Part shown: piece by piece, positions 1 to 12,930 of the stretch
How the letters are laid out: each line of letters opens with the position of its first letter
Position numbering within the stretch: position 1 is the stretch's first letter
Assembly: GCA_028023455.1 (NCBI GenBank)
Contig: JAQFVV010000005.1
Coordinates: 19,592,001 to 19,656,000, forward strand
Length of the DNA: 64,000 nt
Reading direction: 5' to 3'
From: Epiperipatus broadwayi
Taxonomy: Eukaryota > Animalia > Onychophora
Notes under the pieces: generated by a model
What the model saw: the letters and a program-made list of their open reading frames with translations, nothing else
The model's database searches: none
What the model was told of the DNA's origin: nothing
Position numbers and translations under genes: made by a program

Positions 1-39
1 ATTATTTATGATTTTATTGTAAATCAAAAAAAGCACTTT

Positions 40-125
40 AAAGTTGAAAAAAAAAAGAACAACGGCCCGGTAACATTATAAATTTGTTTGTTTACATAAA
101 AATTACGCCCTCAAGCGCTTTCAAC
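40..125 (+). mobile_element. Probable 3' terminus of a Merlin-type element entering from the left edge
   Basis: 64-115 (GGCCCGGTAACATTA...GCCCTCAAGC) resembles 5744-5796 (GGCCCAGTAACATTA...GCCATCAAGC), the right end of the Merlin derivative at 4161-5816, in the same orientation. Confidence 0.4.
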
Positions 126-899
126 ATGCTAAGAGAAAACAACCGTTTTAAATTTATTATGCTTACCATGCCATTTGCTTTTTTTTTAAAAAAAACAATT
201 CTCAATTTGATTAGTCTTTTTTTGTGTTACGCCACATTTTTTGTTTAAAAATCAATAATCGGAACAAAAAGTAAAAGTTCTTAGTCTTTCTTTTACATTT
301 TCATTTTTACAGAGAAACAGCAATAAATACTAAAATGGCTTTAAACTTATTAAGCTTTTTTTTAAAAAAAATATGCTTTTTTGGTTTAAAAAAATAAATT
401 GCAATTTTATTATTGGTTTTTGTGTTACCTGTTATTTTTTGTTTCAAGAATAATGGCAACAAAACATAAAACTTGTTAGCCTTTCTTTTTTAATAAACTA
501 TAAACAACAATAACAAATTATGTAAAAAAATATTACAAATAATATGCTTCTTGAGTTTTTAAAAACCAGTTTAAAACTTTTGAAGCTTTTTTACAACAAC
601 AACAACAACCAAAATGAAAGAGCAACAACTTTAAAAACTATTACACAATGAATACTTTAAACCAATTTTCTTTTCAAAAAAGAACTACAACAAATTTTTA
701 ATATCTTCAAAATACATGAGCAATTTCAAATAGTATTTATAAAAAGGAAATTTTTGTTAGATAAACATTAAAAAATGAAAACATTGTAAAAAATAAACAA
801 GTCAAAAGAACAACAATAAATATTAAAAATAACTTCGATTATATGAACAACTTCAAACACTATTTGTAAAATCCTACTGGGAATGTCGTGTCAACATCT

Positions 900-1720
900 C
901 TGAAAGGGTGGCCAGGAAAACATCTTCATCCTTGTGGAGACGTCGCTACATAAATTCTGCAAGGTAGTTTGGCAGAAGTTGACGGTGGATAGTCAATGGT
1001 TTGCATGTGAGCACCTGTGGAAAGGTCCACAAAGTTATAGGTGTGATTCACTGTAAGATGATGGAATCCTGACACCTCAAAAACAGCAGACTTATAACCC
1101 TTCCAACAGTCCAAGAAGATAGTCGATTCGAACTTGACGTTGTCCTTTAGGGCCTGCAAAAGTGTGGATGCAGATCGGCAAGGAACACATTTCAAGAAAC
1201 ATTCACGTGTCTTGCAGCACACACCCCCAAAAAAAATCCACTGTTGAGGTAGTACTCTTCCCTGATGGTTTCTCCTATGGTTAAAGAGTTTCATCCACCT
1301 CAACTGTCAAACCGAGCCTGCCGATTTGATAAGATGGTCGAGCTGCCAAACTCTCAGAACACAGCTCCTACAGACCGTTGGACCAATGTAAAATGGCATT
1401 TCAGCCGATCAACAGTTGTCTGGATGGCCTGGACCCTCAGCTGTTCACAGTTCCAGTAATATAACACATTGCTTGAACCAATAGTATTCTGGAGTTGTCA
1501 AATCAACTCTCTTTCGAACAAAACATGTTCGCTTGCATAAATGCAACGGACAGCAAAATTAAGCGGTTCCCTTAGAACAGAATAACTTCATTGCTGATCC
1601 ACAAACGCATTTCTTTGAATGTGGAAGCACATTGATTCTTTGCAAATATGACACAACATCTGATTCTGTTGCTGGTAAATCATAGAATCAAACAAGATGT
1701 TTAGGCATACCCTGTGCCAT
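900..1720 (-). pseudogene. Merlin DDE transposase, disrupted by stops and frameshifts
   Basis: ORF 926-1303 reads QWIFFGGVC..CFLKCVPCRSASTLLQ..TIFLDCWKGY..HLTVNHTYNFVDLSTGAHMQTID, the ISXO2/Merlin pattern. The N-terminal part with a Cys cluster continues to an ATG at 1720 (AGACCAACAAAATGGCA). Confidence 0.9.
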
Positions 1721-1990
1721 TTTGTTGGTCTTGTGGAATGTTACAGATAGTACGTTACTTGACGCGTTACCTAATTCAAACTATCTTCACACATCTATCT
1801 AGACAAGGTTTTGCCACTTCAAACTTCAATACAGAATGGTGTAAAGAGTTGGATAATTATTACTTAAGAAAATCGCAATACTTCAATAGTAAAGAAAAAA
1901 GTTAAAGAAAAAAACCATTTTCATACAATTCAAATGCATACGAAGCCATAAAAATGTCTGAAGTGTGCGAATTCGCAAAAAATTATTTAC

Positions 1991-2145
1991 TGCGATGCGA
2001 CAAAGCGGCCTACAATCTGTAACAACAAAAATGTATTATAGTAAATGCGGGTTCGAACATGCTGTACTGCAATGCGACAAAGCGGCCTGCAATCTGTAAC
2101 ACAACAAAAATGTATTATAGTAAAAGCAGGTTCGAACATGCTGTA
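1991..2145. repeat. Two tandem ~78 bp subterminal repeats of the Merlin element
   Basis: TGC(G/A)ATGCGACAAAGCGGCCT(A/G)CAATCTGTAAC...GGTTCGAACATGCTGTA occurs twice in tandem. Confidence 0.9.
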
Positions 2146-4160
2146 GGCCGTGTAAACGGCATTTTTAGGTGCTTTAGCACATAAACAGCACCATCAGGCA
2201 GTGTCTTTGTCTAGCAAACTACTACCCTTTTAATTTATTTATTCATTTGTATACTGTAGCCTTTCTATTTTGCTACATCATTATATGGTTGTAAATAATA
2301 ACCTGTTATTTAACTTGTAGGGGAAGTTAAAATATACTGTTTTTATAATATTAAACTTGAGTTAATTTTCTTTAAATCAATATAATCTATCCAAGTCATA
2401 AATTTGAAATATAAAGTGTATTATTTATTTTAAAATAAAAGTAAATAATTAAAATCATATAAGGTATTTTAAATCAATCGTTATAAAGATTAAAGTTACT
2501 ATTTTTGTAATTATTAATACTCAAAAAGAAAATAGTGATTTATTTAATGTCTTACAATCATTTAATTAATAATGAAATATATGAAAAGTGAAATGTGTGT
2601 TTATAGGTGTGCATACATATATTCACAATAATAAATTTAATTTCTGGTTCTCAATTCAATTTATTACTTGTTTAAATCATGTTATATTTTAATTATATCA
2701 ATTTCATTAAAAAAATTAAAAATCATAATGTAAATTATAAACTTTATGTATCAAAATTTGAGTTTAAACAAAGAGTATATTATTATTAAAAGATAAATTT
2801 AAATGTATTATTAAAATTGAGAAAATATTGGTTTAATAATATTAGTTATAAAATCATTTGAAAAATGGACAAATTAATTAATATTCATTTTTGTGTCAGA
2901 TGTCTTGAAATAATTGACCAATCAGGTATAATGAAAATTTTCCTATAAATATAGGATAAGCAGATAGAAGAGAAATCAAGAAAAAATTTAAGGAATAAAT
3001 TATATTTTTACAAATTTTAAGTATAAATTTATTGAAACATTATTTTAACCTTAAAAGTAATAATAATAACTTATAAAAAACATGGGATAAATCTTAAAAA
3101 GTTTATTTATGAAGTTCATTAGGGAATAAGAAACAAAACTATCCTCATTGGAATTCTACAGAAGCTGATTATAAACTTATGGTAATGAAAGAAAATTAAA
3201 AAAACATTCAAGGTGATAAATGTATTTTCATAAGAGACCTTGCAGATTAGCAACCATTTTGCCTATCGAAAATGCAAATGAGATTTAAGTCATTTATTTT
3301 TTATTAATTTTCATAGGCAGAATGATAGAACATTTTCTACTAAACTCTAATCATTAGTAATGATAAAGATAATTACTTCTATTTAGTAGATCTATTGAGA
3401 TATTCAGATATAAATTTATTAATGACAAGAAGAATATAGTCCAGATTAATTTTTATTAAAAGTTTATCTACTAATTGCAATATCATTTAAGTATTAGTAA
3501 TTATATTACCATGTTAAGGATGGATTATTCAGAAGTGAAATCTGAAAACTTTATAATTCTACTAGCAAATATTTTGAAGTATGCAGAAAGAAAAGAAACA
3601 TTTTAAATGGTATCATAAATGTCTTTATTAAATATTCAAATACATATTTATTAAATGTGAAAGAATTTTATCAATGATATAAGAAGTATGAACTTTTGAT
3701 ATAAGAACTTATTATTATTGATAACATTTATTTGGATTTTTCTTCATGTTTTTTAATTATGCTATAAATAATGGAGAATAGCACGAAGAGGAGGAAGAAA
3801 GCTATTTTGTTTCAAGTAACAATTGGTTCCATTGTCATAATAACAAGATACTCCCCTGGAAAATATGATTTTATTTAGTTTAAAGAGTTGAAGAAAACTT
3901 TTTGTTTTTATTCCTTTAATATATGAACTATAGTTTTTAAGATAGTATTAAGTTCTCATAATTTTCATATGTTGTTATTTTTAGATTTAAAAAATTTAGA
4001 ATTTTTGGATATAAAAAAAAGGAAAACATCAAATTTTTTTTTTGTTCAAAAGAAATATCTACAAAAGTGTCATCAATAATAATCATAAAATATTATGATT
4101 AAGCCAGAAATCAGGTAAAATAAATGTGTAATATTTAGTATGTACAGGAAAGTAATATCA

Positions 4161-5816
4161 TCTCAAATCTGGGCACGGTCGCTTGATGGCGTTATGTGTC
4201 AAAACACATAAAAATGCCATTTCTGCAGCAGGCCTTACAGCTAATACAACATTTATATTGCATTACCCATTGCAGGCCACTTTACATGACATTGCACAAA
4301 AATATTACGGCTTGTTTTGTGCTTCGAAACTATTTATGCGTATTTGTTCTATTCATAGCTGATTACCGTATCGCTTGAGGGTGTTTTCATTGCAAGTCGG
4401 TACAACTTTTCAAATCTCCATAATAGAGAAATGTCATTTATATTTAAATAATGTTAATTACTAATAATTGTCATATGGTCCCCACCCTTCCCTAAAAAAA
4501 TGTTAATAAGTAAAAAATTGACAAAGGGTATGTTCGAACATGCTTTGACAAAGCTCATGCGCTAAGACACGTTTCAGCTAGGAAAATATACGAGACCAAC
4601 AAAATGTCTAAGAATAACGTGCAATTTTTAAACTTTTCAGAATTGTCAAGTACAGAAAGTGAGACTGTGTCTTTTTTTAGGCACATAATGTCCTCCCAAA
4701 TAATAAATAAAAATAAGTTCAAAAAGTCCAAAATTTATGTACTTTTTTTTATTTCATTAGAAATTGACAAGTATTTGGATTATCTTTTTTCAACGGGGTT
4801 CAAATAAATTACTATTTTTGTTTACTTTTTGTTAACAATAACAAAGTATGACACCCCCCCCCCCCAAGCAGTTTATTGTAGAAACCAAGAAAAAAAAGGG
4901 AAATTTAAACGAAATATAAATAAATGTAAAAAGTGAAAAAAGTTGTTGAAAAAAAAAAATTATTGATTTTTTATTACAATTATTTATGCGAGGGTGGGAG
5001 TGGGTGTTTCAAAACAATTTTTTACTCCCCAAAAACACAAAAGTTACTTTTGATTTAATAAGAAGAAAAACAATTTGGTCAACCAAAAAAAAAAAAAGGT
5101 AGAAAAAATTTGAAACAATTCCCAAATAATTGTATTATATTTTTTCAGCAGTGTTAAAACAAGTGATGTTAAAATAAATTACTATTTTTGTTTACTTTTT
5201 GTTAATAATAACAAAGTATGAAACCCCACCCCCCAAAGCTGGATATTGTAGAAGCCAAAAAAAAAAAAGGCTAATTCAAACGAAATATAAATAAAAGTAA
5301 AAAGTGAAAAAAAATTGTTTAAAAAAAAATTTTGTCTTTTTGTTACAATTATTTATCCGAGGGTGGGGGGGGTGGAGTTTCAAAACAATTTTTTGCCCCC
5401 TAAAAACACAAAATTACTTTTGATTTAATAAGAAGAAAAACAATTTAATCAACCAAAAAAAAAGTAGAACAAAGTCGAAACAAGTCCCAAATAATTGTAT
5501 TATATTTTTTAGTCTGGGGTTAAAACAAGTTTTTTCATTGTCGTGAAACAGTCAAAAGTTTTAAAATCAGAAAAATAAACCCAAAGTTAAATTACCAAAA
5601 TTTGTTGAATAAAGAAAAATGCAGGTTAAAAAAAAAAAAAAAATGAACGTAAATATTTGTTTAATAAAAAAGAAATCATGTTATAAATGAAATAAAAATT
5701 TGTTTAATAAAAAAAAAAATCATGTTATATAAAAAAAAGTTGCGGCCCAGTAACATTACATTTGATTGATTTTCTATAGTATCAATGCCATCAAGCTGCC
5801 GTGCCTGGATTTCAGA
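4161..5816 (+). mobile_element. Non-autonomous Merlin derivative lacking the transposase
   Basis: Imperfect ~30 bp TIRs at 4161-4190 (TCTCAAATCTGGGCACGGTCGCTTGATGGC) and 5787-5816 (GCCATCAAGCTGCCGTGCCTGGATTTCAGA). The start context AGACCAACAAAATG at 4593-4606 matches the transposase start at 1720 (-), but no transposase follows. Confidence 0.65.
4802..5529. repeat. ~370 bp tandem duplication inside the Merlin derivative
   Basis: 4802-5163 and 5172-5529 align throughout (AAATAAATTACTATTTTTGTTTACTTTTTGTT...TAAAACAAG). Confidence 0.9.
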
Positions 5817-6499
5817 TTTACCAAAATTTTGTAGTGGTAGTGATGTGTAATTTAATGTTAATTATGATACAGTATAAGTAAATTACAATATTTGTGATAT
5901 ATGGATAATAGCATTTTTCAAAAATCTGTAAGAGCTTAAAATAGAAGCCAAGATAAAAATTAAGGGAGACATAAAAAAATGTAGCCTTAAGTTACATAAT
6001 CATTATATCGTTGTTTCTTATAGTTTTATACAGTATCCACCCCACACTTGTAATCGCAAAAATTGCACAGGTATATAAATCGTATTAAGGAATTGCATAT
6101 TTAAGCAATGATAATAACTAAAACTTTCAAATGATGATAAGATAAATCTAACATAAGAAGAATTAAACACAGAACAAATAGGATGATAAAAATGTAAAAA
6201 TAAAGATTTTATTAATGTTTTTATAGAATATTAGAGATCAAAATACAGAATGAATGTCTAAAGTAGAAGATATTATATTGTAAAGAAAACCTGATAATTG
6301 TTCATATGTATGTGACATATCTTAATGAATATTTAAATAATTAAATGTCTATTTTATAACTAATAATAAGATCATAATATTATAAGAAAGAGTAAAGTAA
6401 TAATAATATAAAATATATTTTTGAAATATTTAGAATGTGATAATATATTTTATATATTTAATTGTTTTTATTATGGAAATATTAAGAAGTATCTTACTT

Positions 6500-6781
6500 T
6501 GAAGTACTTCTTATTTGCATTGCTTAATTATATATACTATAATACACCATATACTCCTTAAATTACACTCTACAATGCAGTTTAACATATGATTTATTTT
6601 ATTTCCTTCCTTACAGTTTCAACTGTCCAGCAGTCCATCATCAGAGCTTTTATCTGAGATAAAAGCTCTGATGATGATTGCTGGACAGTTGAAACTGTAA
6701 GGAAGGAAATAAAATAAATCATATGTTAAACTGCATTGTAGAGTGTAATTTAAGGAGTATATGGTGTATTATAGTATATTT
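6500..6781. mobile_element. Palindromic insertion carrying a hammerhead ribozyme (retrozyme or Penelope pLTR-like)
   Basis: Near-perfect inverted repeat 6532-6779 (~124 bp arms, centre 6656, one mismatch plus one 1-nt indel). Flanked by the 13 bp direct repeat AAGTATCTTACTT (6487-6499, 6782-6794). Confidence 0.85.
6666..6701 (+). ncRNA. Minimal type I hammerhead ribozyme motif (mirror copy on - strand at ~6611-6646)
   Basis: CTGATGA (6668-6674), T, stem II GATTG/CAGTT with loop CTGGA, GAAA (6691-6694), C-T-G-TA. The mirror arm has GACTG/CAGTT. Stem I is only ~2 bp and stem III is minimal. Confidence 0.7.
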
Positions 6782-9700
6782 AAGTATCTTACTTCTTAAT
6801 ATTCAGAGTCAAGTATGAAATATGCTATATCCTAGTTGTAAATAATTTCTAAGTGTAAATCATTTATTTTATTTTGTTAATGTTAGTTTTCAAGTTTTGT
6901 ATAATATGTTAAATATTTTTTTAAAATAAGATGTATAAATTTTTCTAAAATTTTGGATTACTACTATAATAAAATGTTAATGTTTTTAAAATTAATAGTG
7001 TTGAGAGTATCTTTTCTTGTTTTCCAAGTCATTATTCATAGTCCGTACCACATATATATTGTAATAATTAGATATTTGGTACTATTGCGCATAATTTAAA
7101 TAAGATAATAAATATGAAAAATATTGGGATTAAAGATATTTAATGTTGTATCCAAAATATTAATTAATACAATTTTTCATCTTACTTAATGATCGTAATG
7201 AAGATTGATAAACAGTATGCCATATAAGAACAAAATAATTAGATTATAATACATGGTGATTAGAAATTATTTTAAAATTTGTTTATGATAGTTAATAGTG
7301 ATAAGTATTAGTTAATTACTTTGAAAGGGAAAAACTGATTATTATATTTGGTTCTTAATTATTTATAAATGTAGCTGGATGTAAATAAAATCCCCCATTA
7401 CAGTTAGATAAGTATCTGAAATGTTGATTGACTTTAGGAATATTAATCAAAGAGTGGAATACAATCATTTTAATAATTAAATAAATAGTATATTGTATTA
7501 TAATTAAATTTAACTTAAGAAATTTTAATATTAAATATAATTTATTTTAATTGTGAGTCATGGGTGTATCTTTAATATTTTAGTGGAGTAGTGTGTGGTG
7601 ATATTCCTATGCCATTGAGGGCATACTTTTTGGTATATGTGAATATCTTACCGATGATTAGATAATAAGTCTCATGATTAATAATACTTTATGATTAAAT
7701 AATTTATTAAGATTGATATAATATATTACACATGAAATGAATAATATTGGTAAAGTAGAAATTTTATGTATAAGGAAAAAAATTAGTTTAGCTGAACTAG
7801 AAGTTTGTTATTGTTAAAAACATCCACCATACTATAGGGTGGGGTGATTGTCTGGACAGGGTACAATACATAGAACAAAATTATCAGCTTCTTACCTTAA
7901 TTAACTAATAAATATTACTAATATTTATAAGTAAATTAATCAATCATTGTTATTCTTTTTTTCATTTCCTCTTTATTTTCTTTTATCTTACTATCTAGTG
8001 GGGAAACCAATCATCATGAGTTTTTCATGCCATTTCCTTAAGAGTGATGATAAAATTAGGTGTTTGTACATCAAATTAAATTCTAATCTTTTTTTCTTTG
8101 TTTCTAATTTTTTTAAAAATATTTTGTCCAGCTTTCTTTTTCCTCTGAAATGGGACAATAACGAATAATCTAAACTTTGAAAAAAGTTAGATATATTTTG
8201 ACTACATGAAATCTGCATATTTTAATGCTATATTAAAAAACTATTTTTACAATATAAGTTTAATCAGTAATTAGTTATTAATTTTATAATATAGTTTCAA
8301 ACATGATCTAGAAAACTGGTGATAAGAAAGGGCAAGTAATAATAAATTAAATTGCAAGTTTCAAGATTGTAGGTAAATGGTACTCTCTTTTATGAGGATA
8401 TATCATGGCACTCATTAGAACTTACAATACAATTCTAAAAGAAATGCTAGATTTGAGTGCTGAGCAAAAGAGTAGCATAGTAGGCTATCATGGATAACAA
8501 GCACTATCACTCACTGCTTAGATTTTACCCATCTTTTAAGTATATGTTTACAGGCAAAAATTTTGGAGAAAATGTAGATTTCCAAGACCTTAAAGTTATA
8601 AAATAAAACAGACTAATTATTATAAAAATTTTTATTACATTAGCAACTGAGAAGAATTAATAGACAATATTATAAATATAAGAGAACAATAGCAAAACTC
8701 AATCAATCACTTTTTTAAATTCAAAATCCAACAAGTAATCACTTTCTTATTAGATTACTAATTAGCCAACAATTAATTCTTGGAAAAAGTAAGCAAGTAT
8801 AGTATTAGTATCCATTAGAATTAGTATCCATTTAGAATCTGCTCTTCAACATTTTAGTTTCTATGGGGAGCCTCAAAATCTCTGTGATATAACCAAGCAA
8901 TAAAGAAAGTCAGATAATACCCAATTCCTGCTAGTGATTCAAAGCATTCCAGTTATTTTGTCTAATAAGTTAAAAAAATCATAATTTCCATCAAAAATTA
9001 AAAACTAAACCTGCAAATTTCATACAACTAAGCGCAATCAAAATTTCAAAAACAATATCTAGCAAATATATCAATGGAAAAAAAAATACACTGGCATAAA
9101 CAAGTGACCAAAAAATCAAATTATTACTGCAATGAAGTAAGACAAACAAATTTAGCAACTATTATTGGTAAATAACCACAAAAGCACTTTCATCTTTCAA
9201 TTATTTTCCAATTCTAGCCTTAATCTTCCATAACAATTTAAAATATTTGGTTTGATCAAAATGTGACTGTTTAGTGACATTTCTATAATAGGTTAATTTA
9301 TTACCAAAATATACTTCAATCTTGCTTTTATTCCACATCAAGCCAAAAAAAGCAAATCTCTTTTTATCATGTTTATTGATGTTTGCATATTGAAACGTAA
9401 GAAAAGAGCTTTTACATTTAAGATTTTAGGGCTGCAATATATGTACAAATGTATAAAAGAATTCTCTATTTTTATACACAGTATTTATTATTTATTTCTC
9501 AAAATAAGCAAAATCACACGACCAAACAAAAAAAAATCATTACCTCTAGAAATCAAAATATTAAACATATTAGTAATTAAGAAATGACCAAAAAAACAAC
9601 AAAAAAAAAACAACAATAATATAGCAAATATTTGATCAAAAAAATTTAATAATAATAATTACTAGAGTATTAAAATTTTATAAAGAATAAAAGTGATTTT

Positions 9701-10060
9701 ATTATTTATATTAGTGATAATATAATCAATATAGAAAAGTTGAAAGGAAAGAACATTTAATTTAGAATTTATAGACACAAACAATTTATTGATGCTAAAA
9801 AAAATTTTTTTGTTTGTTTTTAAAAGAGGATTACATTATTTACAGGTTTAAAAAAACCAGTCATTATATGCTGATAATAATATTAATAAATAAAATAATG
9901 AAAATTTTCTTTTTCTTGTAATCGATTTCAAAAGTTTATCAAATCAATACATTTTATGCAAATTAATCATAGTAACAAACAAGATAAAGCCAAAGATCAA
10001 TCTCATAAAAAAAAATTTACTTTGATTATTTAACATCCTATAAGCCACTTACTAAATCAG

Positions 10061-11230
10061 CATCATCATCTCTCCACCCATATTGCAACAATAAATTTCC
10101 TTATTTCATCTATCCATCTTACATGTAGTCTTTCTAAATTTTTTTCACCTATCCATCTTACATGTAGTCTTTCTAAATTTTTTCCACCTATCCATCTTAC
10201 ATGTAGTCTTTCTAAATTTTTTACAATCTCCTATAATCTATTATTGTTTCATCTAGCAATATGTCTAATCCAGTTTCAATTCAGATTCTCAATACTTTCA
10301 ATGTCCATGATATTTGTTCTCTCACCAAGTATTTCACTTTTGATGCCTTGTTATTCCAATATAGATCTCTTTTTACTTCAACAAGTGTACACATTTCCAA
10401 TCCATGATTAAAAATCAGTAAAAACATCTACTGAAACCTTCCTTTTCAAGCTTATAGACATATTTCCTTTAAATATTAAATTATTTTACCAAAAGGATTC
10501 CATCCAAGTTTAATTCTATGATTAATTTATTATGTTGCCATTTGTATTAATAATCTGATCAAAATATTTGTAATTATTAACTTCTTTAAATTCATAATTA
10601 CCAATATTAACTTTCTTCTGATAAAATCCATTAAAAATTAGTATTTTTAGCATATAATTATCCTTAGTCCTACTTTTTTTTATTTTCATCTGATAATTCT
10701 TGAAACATTTCCTGAAGCTCTGAAGCATTATATGCTAAATCTATATGATTTAAATAATCTCCATTTATTTTTTATTCGCTTAGTTTCTTATTTTAATCAA
10801 AAAAATATTTTCTATAAAATTGTTGTAAAAAGTTTTGAAATCTTGCTGTTCCACTTAGGTAAATATTATTCAGAATATGACTACATCCTGAGTCTACTAC
10901 ATATTGATCCAAAATTTTAATACTTTACAGAATCCAATGTTTTTTCATAATTTACAAATCCAATGCATAATGACAACTCATATCCATTAGTCCTTTCTAC
11001 AGCTTCTCTCAATAGTAAGATATATGCTAAAACAACTTTTAAATTCACCTTGTTTTTTTGGTTGGTTTGAATCCAAACTTTACTGTAGACAAGTTGTAGT
11101 TATTGTGGTAAAGCGGTAAAAGACTTAATCTTTAATTACTAATATTTTCTTTATCAACTTTCTTAAATGTCAGTATTATTACTGCATTCTTGCAATCAGT
11201 TGGTACATCATTATCATTCAAACTTAAAGA
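10061..11230 (-). mobile_element. RTE-clade LINE remnant (reverse transcriptase 3' half)
   Basis: Decayed RT motifs (Q-GF-like region ~11030-11080, W.RHIAR ~10250-10280, R..VRWI) and a (GAT)n tail at 10061-10070. Similar to 45662-46700. Confidence 0.75.
10110..10222. repeat. 39 bp tandem repeat, ~3 copies
   Basis: CTATCCATCTTACATGTAGTCTTTCTAAATTTTTT starts at 10110, 10149 and 10188. Confidence 0.95.
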
Positions 11231-12668
11231 ATTGGTAATATATATAATTAAACAGTAATATATCAAAATTATAGAAAACAATTACTAATATGACTTAAAA
11301 GAATAGAATTTAAAGATTGCAAAAAAATAAATAAATAAAATACACTGATAGAACCATATATTATTTAGACTACTGTCAAAAACCTATATCACTTAGCACG
11401 AGATATTTATGCGAAAATTCACTATAGCAATCATTATTAATTTGTACCAACTATTGATTTAGAATCGATTATTAACTATAAAAATCTTAAAAAATTTTAA
11501 ATTTTTTTGGTGGCCATTTTGTAAGATTAATGACACCAAAGGATAATGACTTTATTAAAACTATATCACCCAAAAGCAAAATAGCAACATTCATGCTGAA
11601 AATGTATAATACACAGTTTATTCATTATATACAATATAGTACTGTATCCAATATTCTGATTATAAAGTTATATATTATTAATATTTAGTACAGTACTTTA
11701 TTCCATTTTCATCCAGTGTCATTACAAGATGACCAGTACTTCATTAATGGCACACACAAAGTAAAAATTTGCATCATTAATGACTACAAAAGCAAAAAAA
11801 AATGTGTTGCATTCAGAGTAATAATAATACAAATCATATTTTGATGACATGCAACAACTAAATGTATTAATATTAAATTTTAAAATGAGTTATATATATT
11901 TGCTCACTTTTATGGACTTAAAAAGATGATTCCATGGATTATGAAATTAATAATCAACTTTACATGACCAAAGATTACTAAATAGTGGACAAATTTAAAA
12001 TATTTATTTCTTAATTTTTTAAATCAGAATATCCTAATTTGACCAGACTTATCCAAGCAAATGGTAATATTGTGAATGTATCAATATAGTACTAAAAAAA
12101 AAAAATACCAAATTCATTCAGCATAAAACTAAACTTTGGTCATATATAGAGTACTACTACTGTATAAATTAATTTTCAATTGAATATAATAGCTAAGATA
12201 TTCAGACAACTAATTTTGAATGAAAACTTTTCAATCAAATTAAAACTGCTATCATCATAAATCTAAAATATTTTGAGTTAAAAAAAAGGGTGGTGGTGGA
12301 TGATTTCATGATTTATGCAATTAATAATTAATTTTATATAATCAAAAGTGACTAAATCCAAGTTAAAAATAACATACTCTACTCGCTCGCTTTTAAATCA
12401 TCTTGGCATTTGTTTTAGATATCAAGGAAATGGCGGACATTATCACAAAAGTAAAATATATGTATATAGTAGTAAAAAAAATGCAGATATTCAGCATAAA
12501 TATAAATATTGGTCATATACTATTAATATTTAATTTTTAAATGTGTACAGTATAAATATTAGCTAAAATATTCAGTTAAATCAATTTTGGATTAAAATCT
12601 TTATGAATGCTAATTTTAGTCAAATCAAAACTAGTCTTTAATTTTTATTTAATTATTTCATAAAAGTT

Positions 12669-12930
12669 AACGTCGCTGCCACTGATTCATTTGAAATTAA
12701 AATTTGTCTTCTTTCTAAAATTGTGGGAAAATGGACTATGCATGTGCCAATACAATCATTCTCTGCAGCTCAGGTTTCTCTTTAAAATGGCATATGGCAT
12801 ATTAAAATCGTTCAAAATTCTGATTTTTTATCAATATTTTTATTAATAAGTTCATTTATTTTTTTTCCCTACTCAGTTTATTAGATTGCCCAGCGAAGAC
12901 AAAGGCATAAATTTTCATCAGCCAGAATGA
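12669..12930 (+). CDS. Candidate last two exons of an unidentified nested gene (12669-12772 and 12877-12930)
   Basis: An open frame VNVAATDSFEIKICLLSKIVGKWTMHVPIQSFSAAQ is followed by a GT donor at 12773 and a strong acceptor TTTTTTCCCTACTCAG at 12876. Splicing joins it in phase to FIRLPSEDKGINFHQPE*. The protein is not recognised, and an alternative minus-strand frame also exists. Confidence 0.25.

Larger units (their letters stand above)
130..2206 (-). mobile_element. Merlin (IS1595/ISXO2-like) DNA transposon, degenerate
   Basis: Contains the transposase remnant at 900-1720. The 5' region 1950-2206 is homologous to 4161-4400 in inverted orientation. The 3' region (200-500) has degenerate repeats like those at 4800-5500. 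The left boundary is approximate. Confidence 0.8.

Noticed and set aside
6595-6660. Strong splice acceptor TTTTATTTCCTTCCTTACAG followed by an apparent exon
   Set aside because: It is the reverse complement of the sequence after the hammerhead core inside the palindrome; at most a cryptic site.
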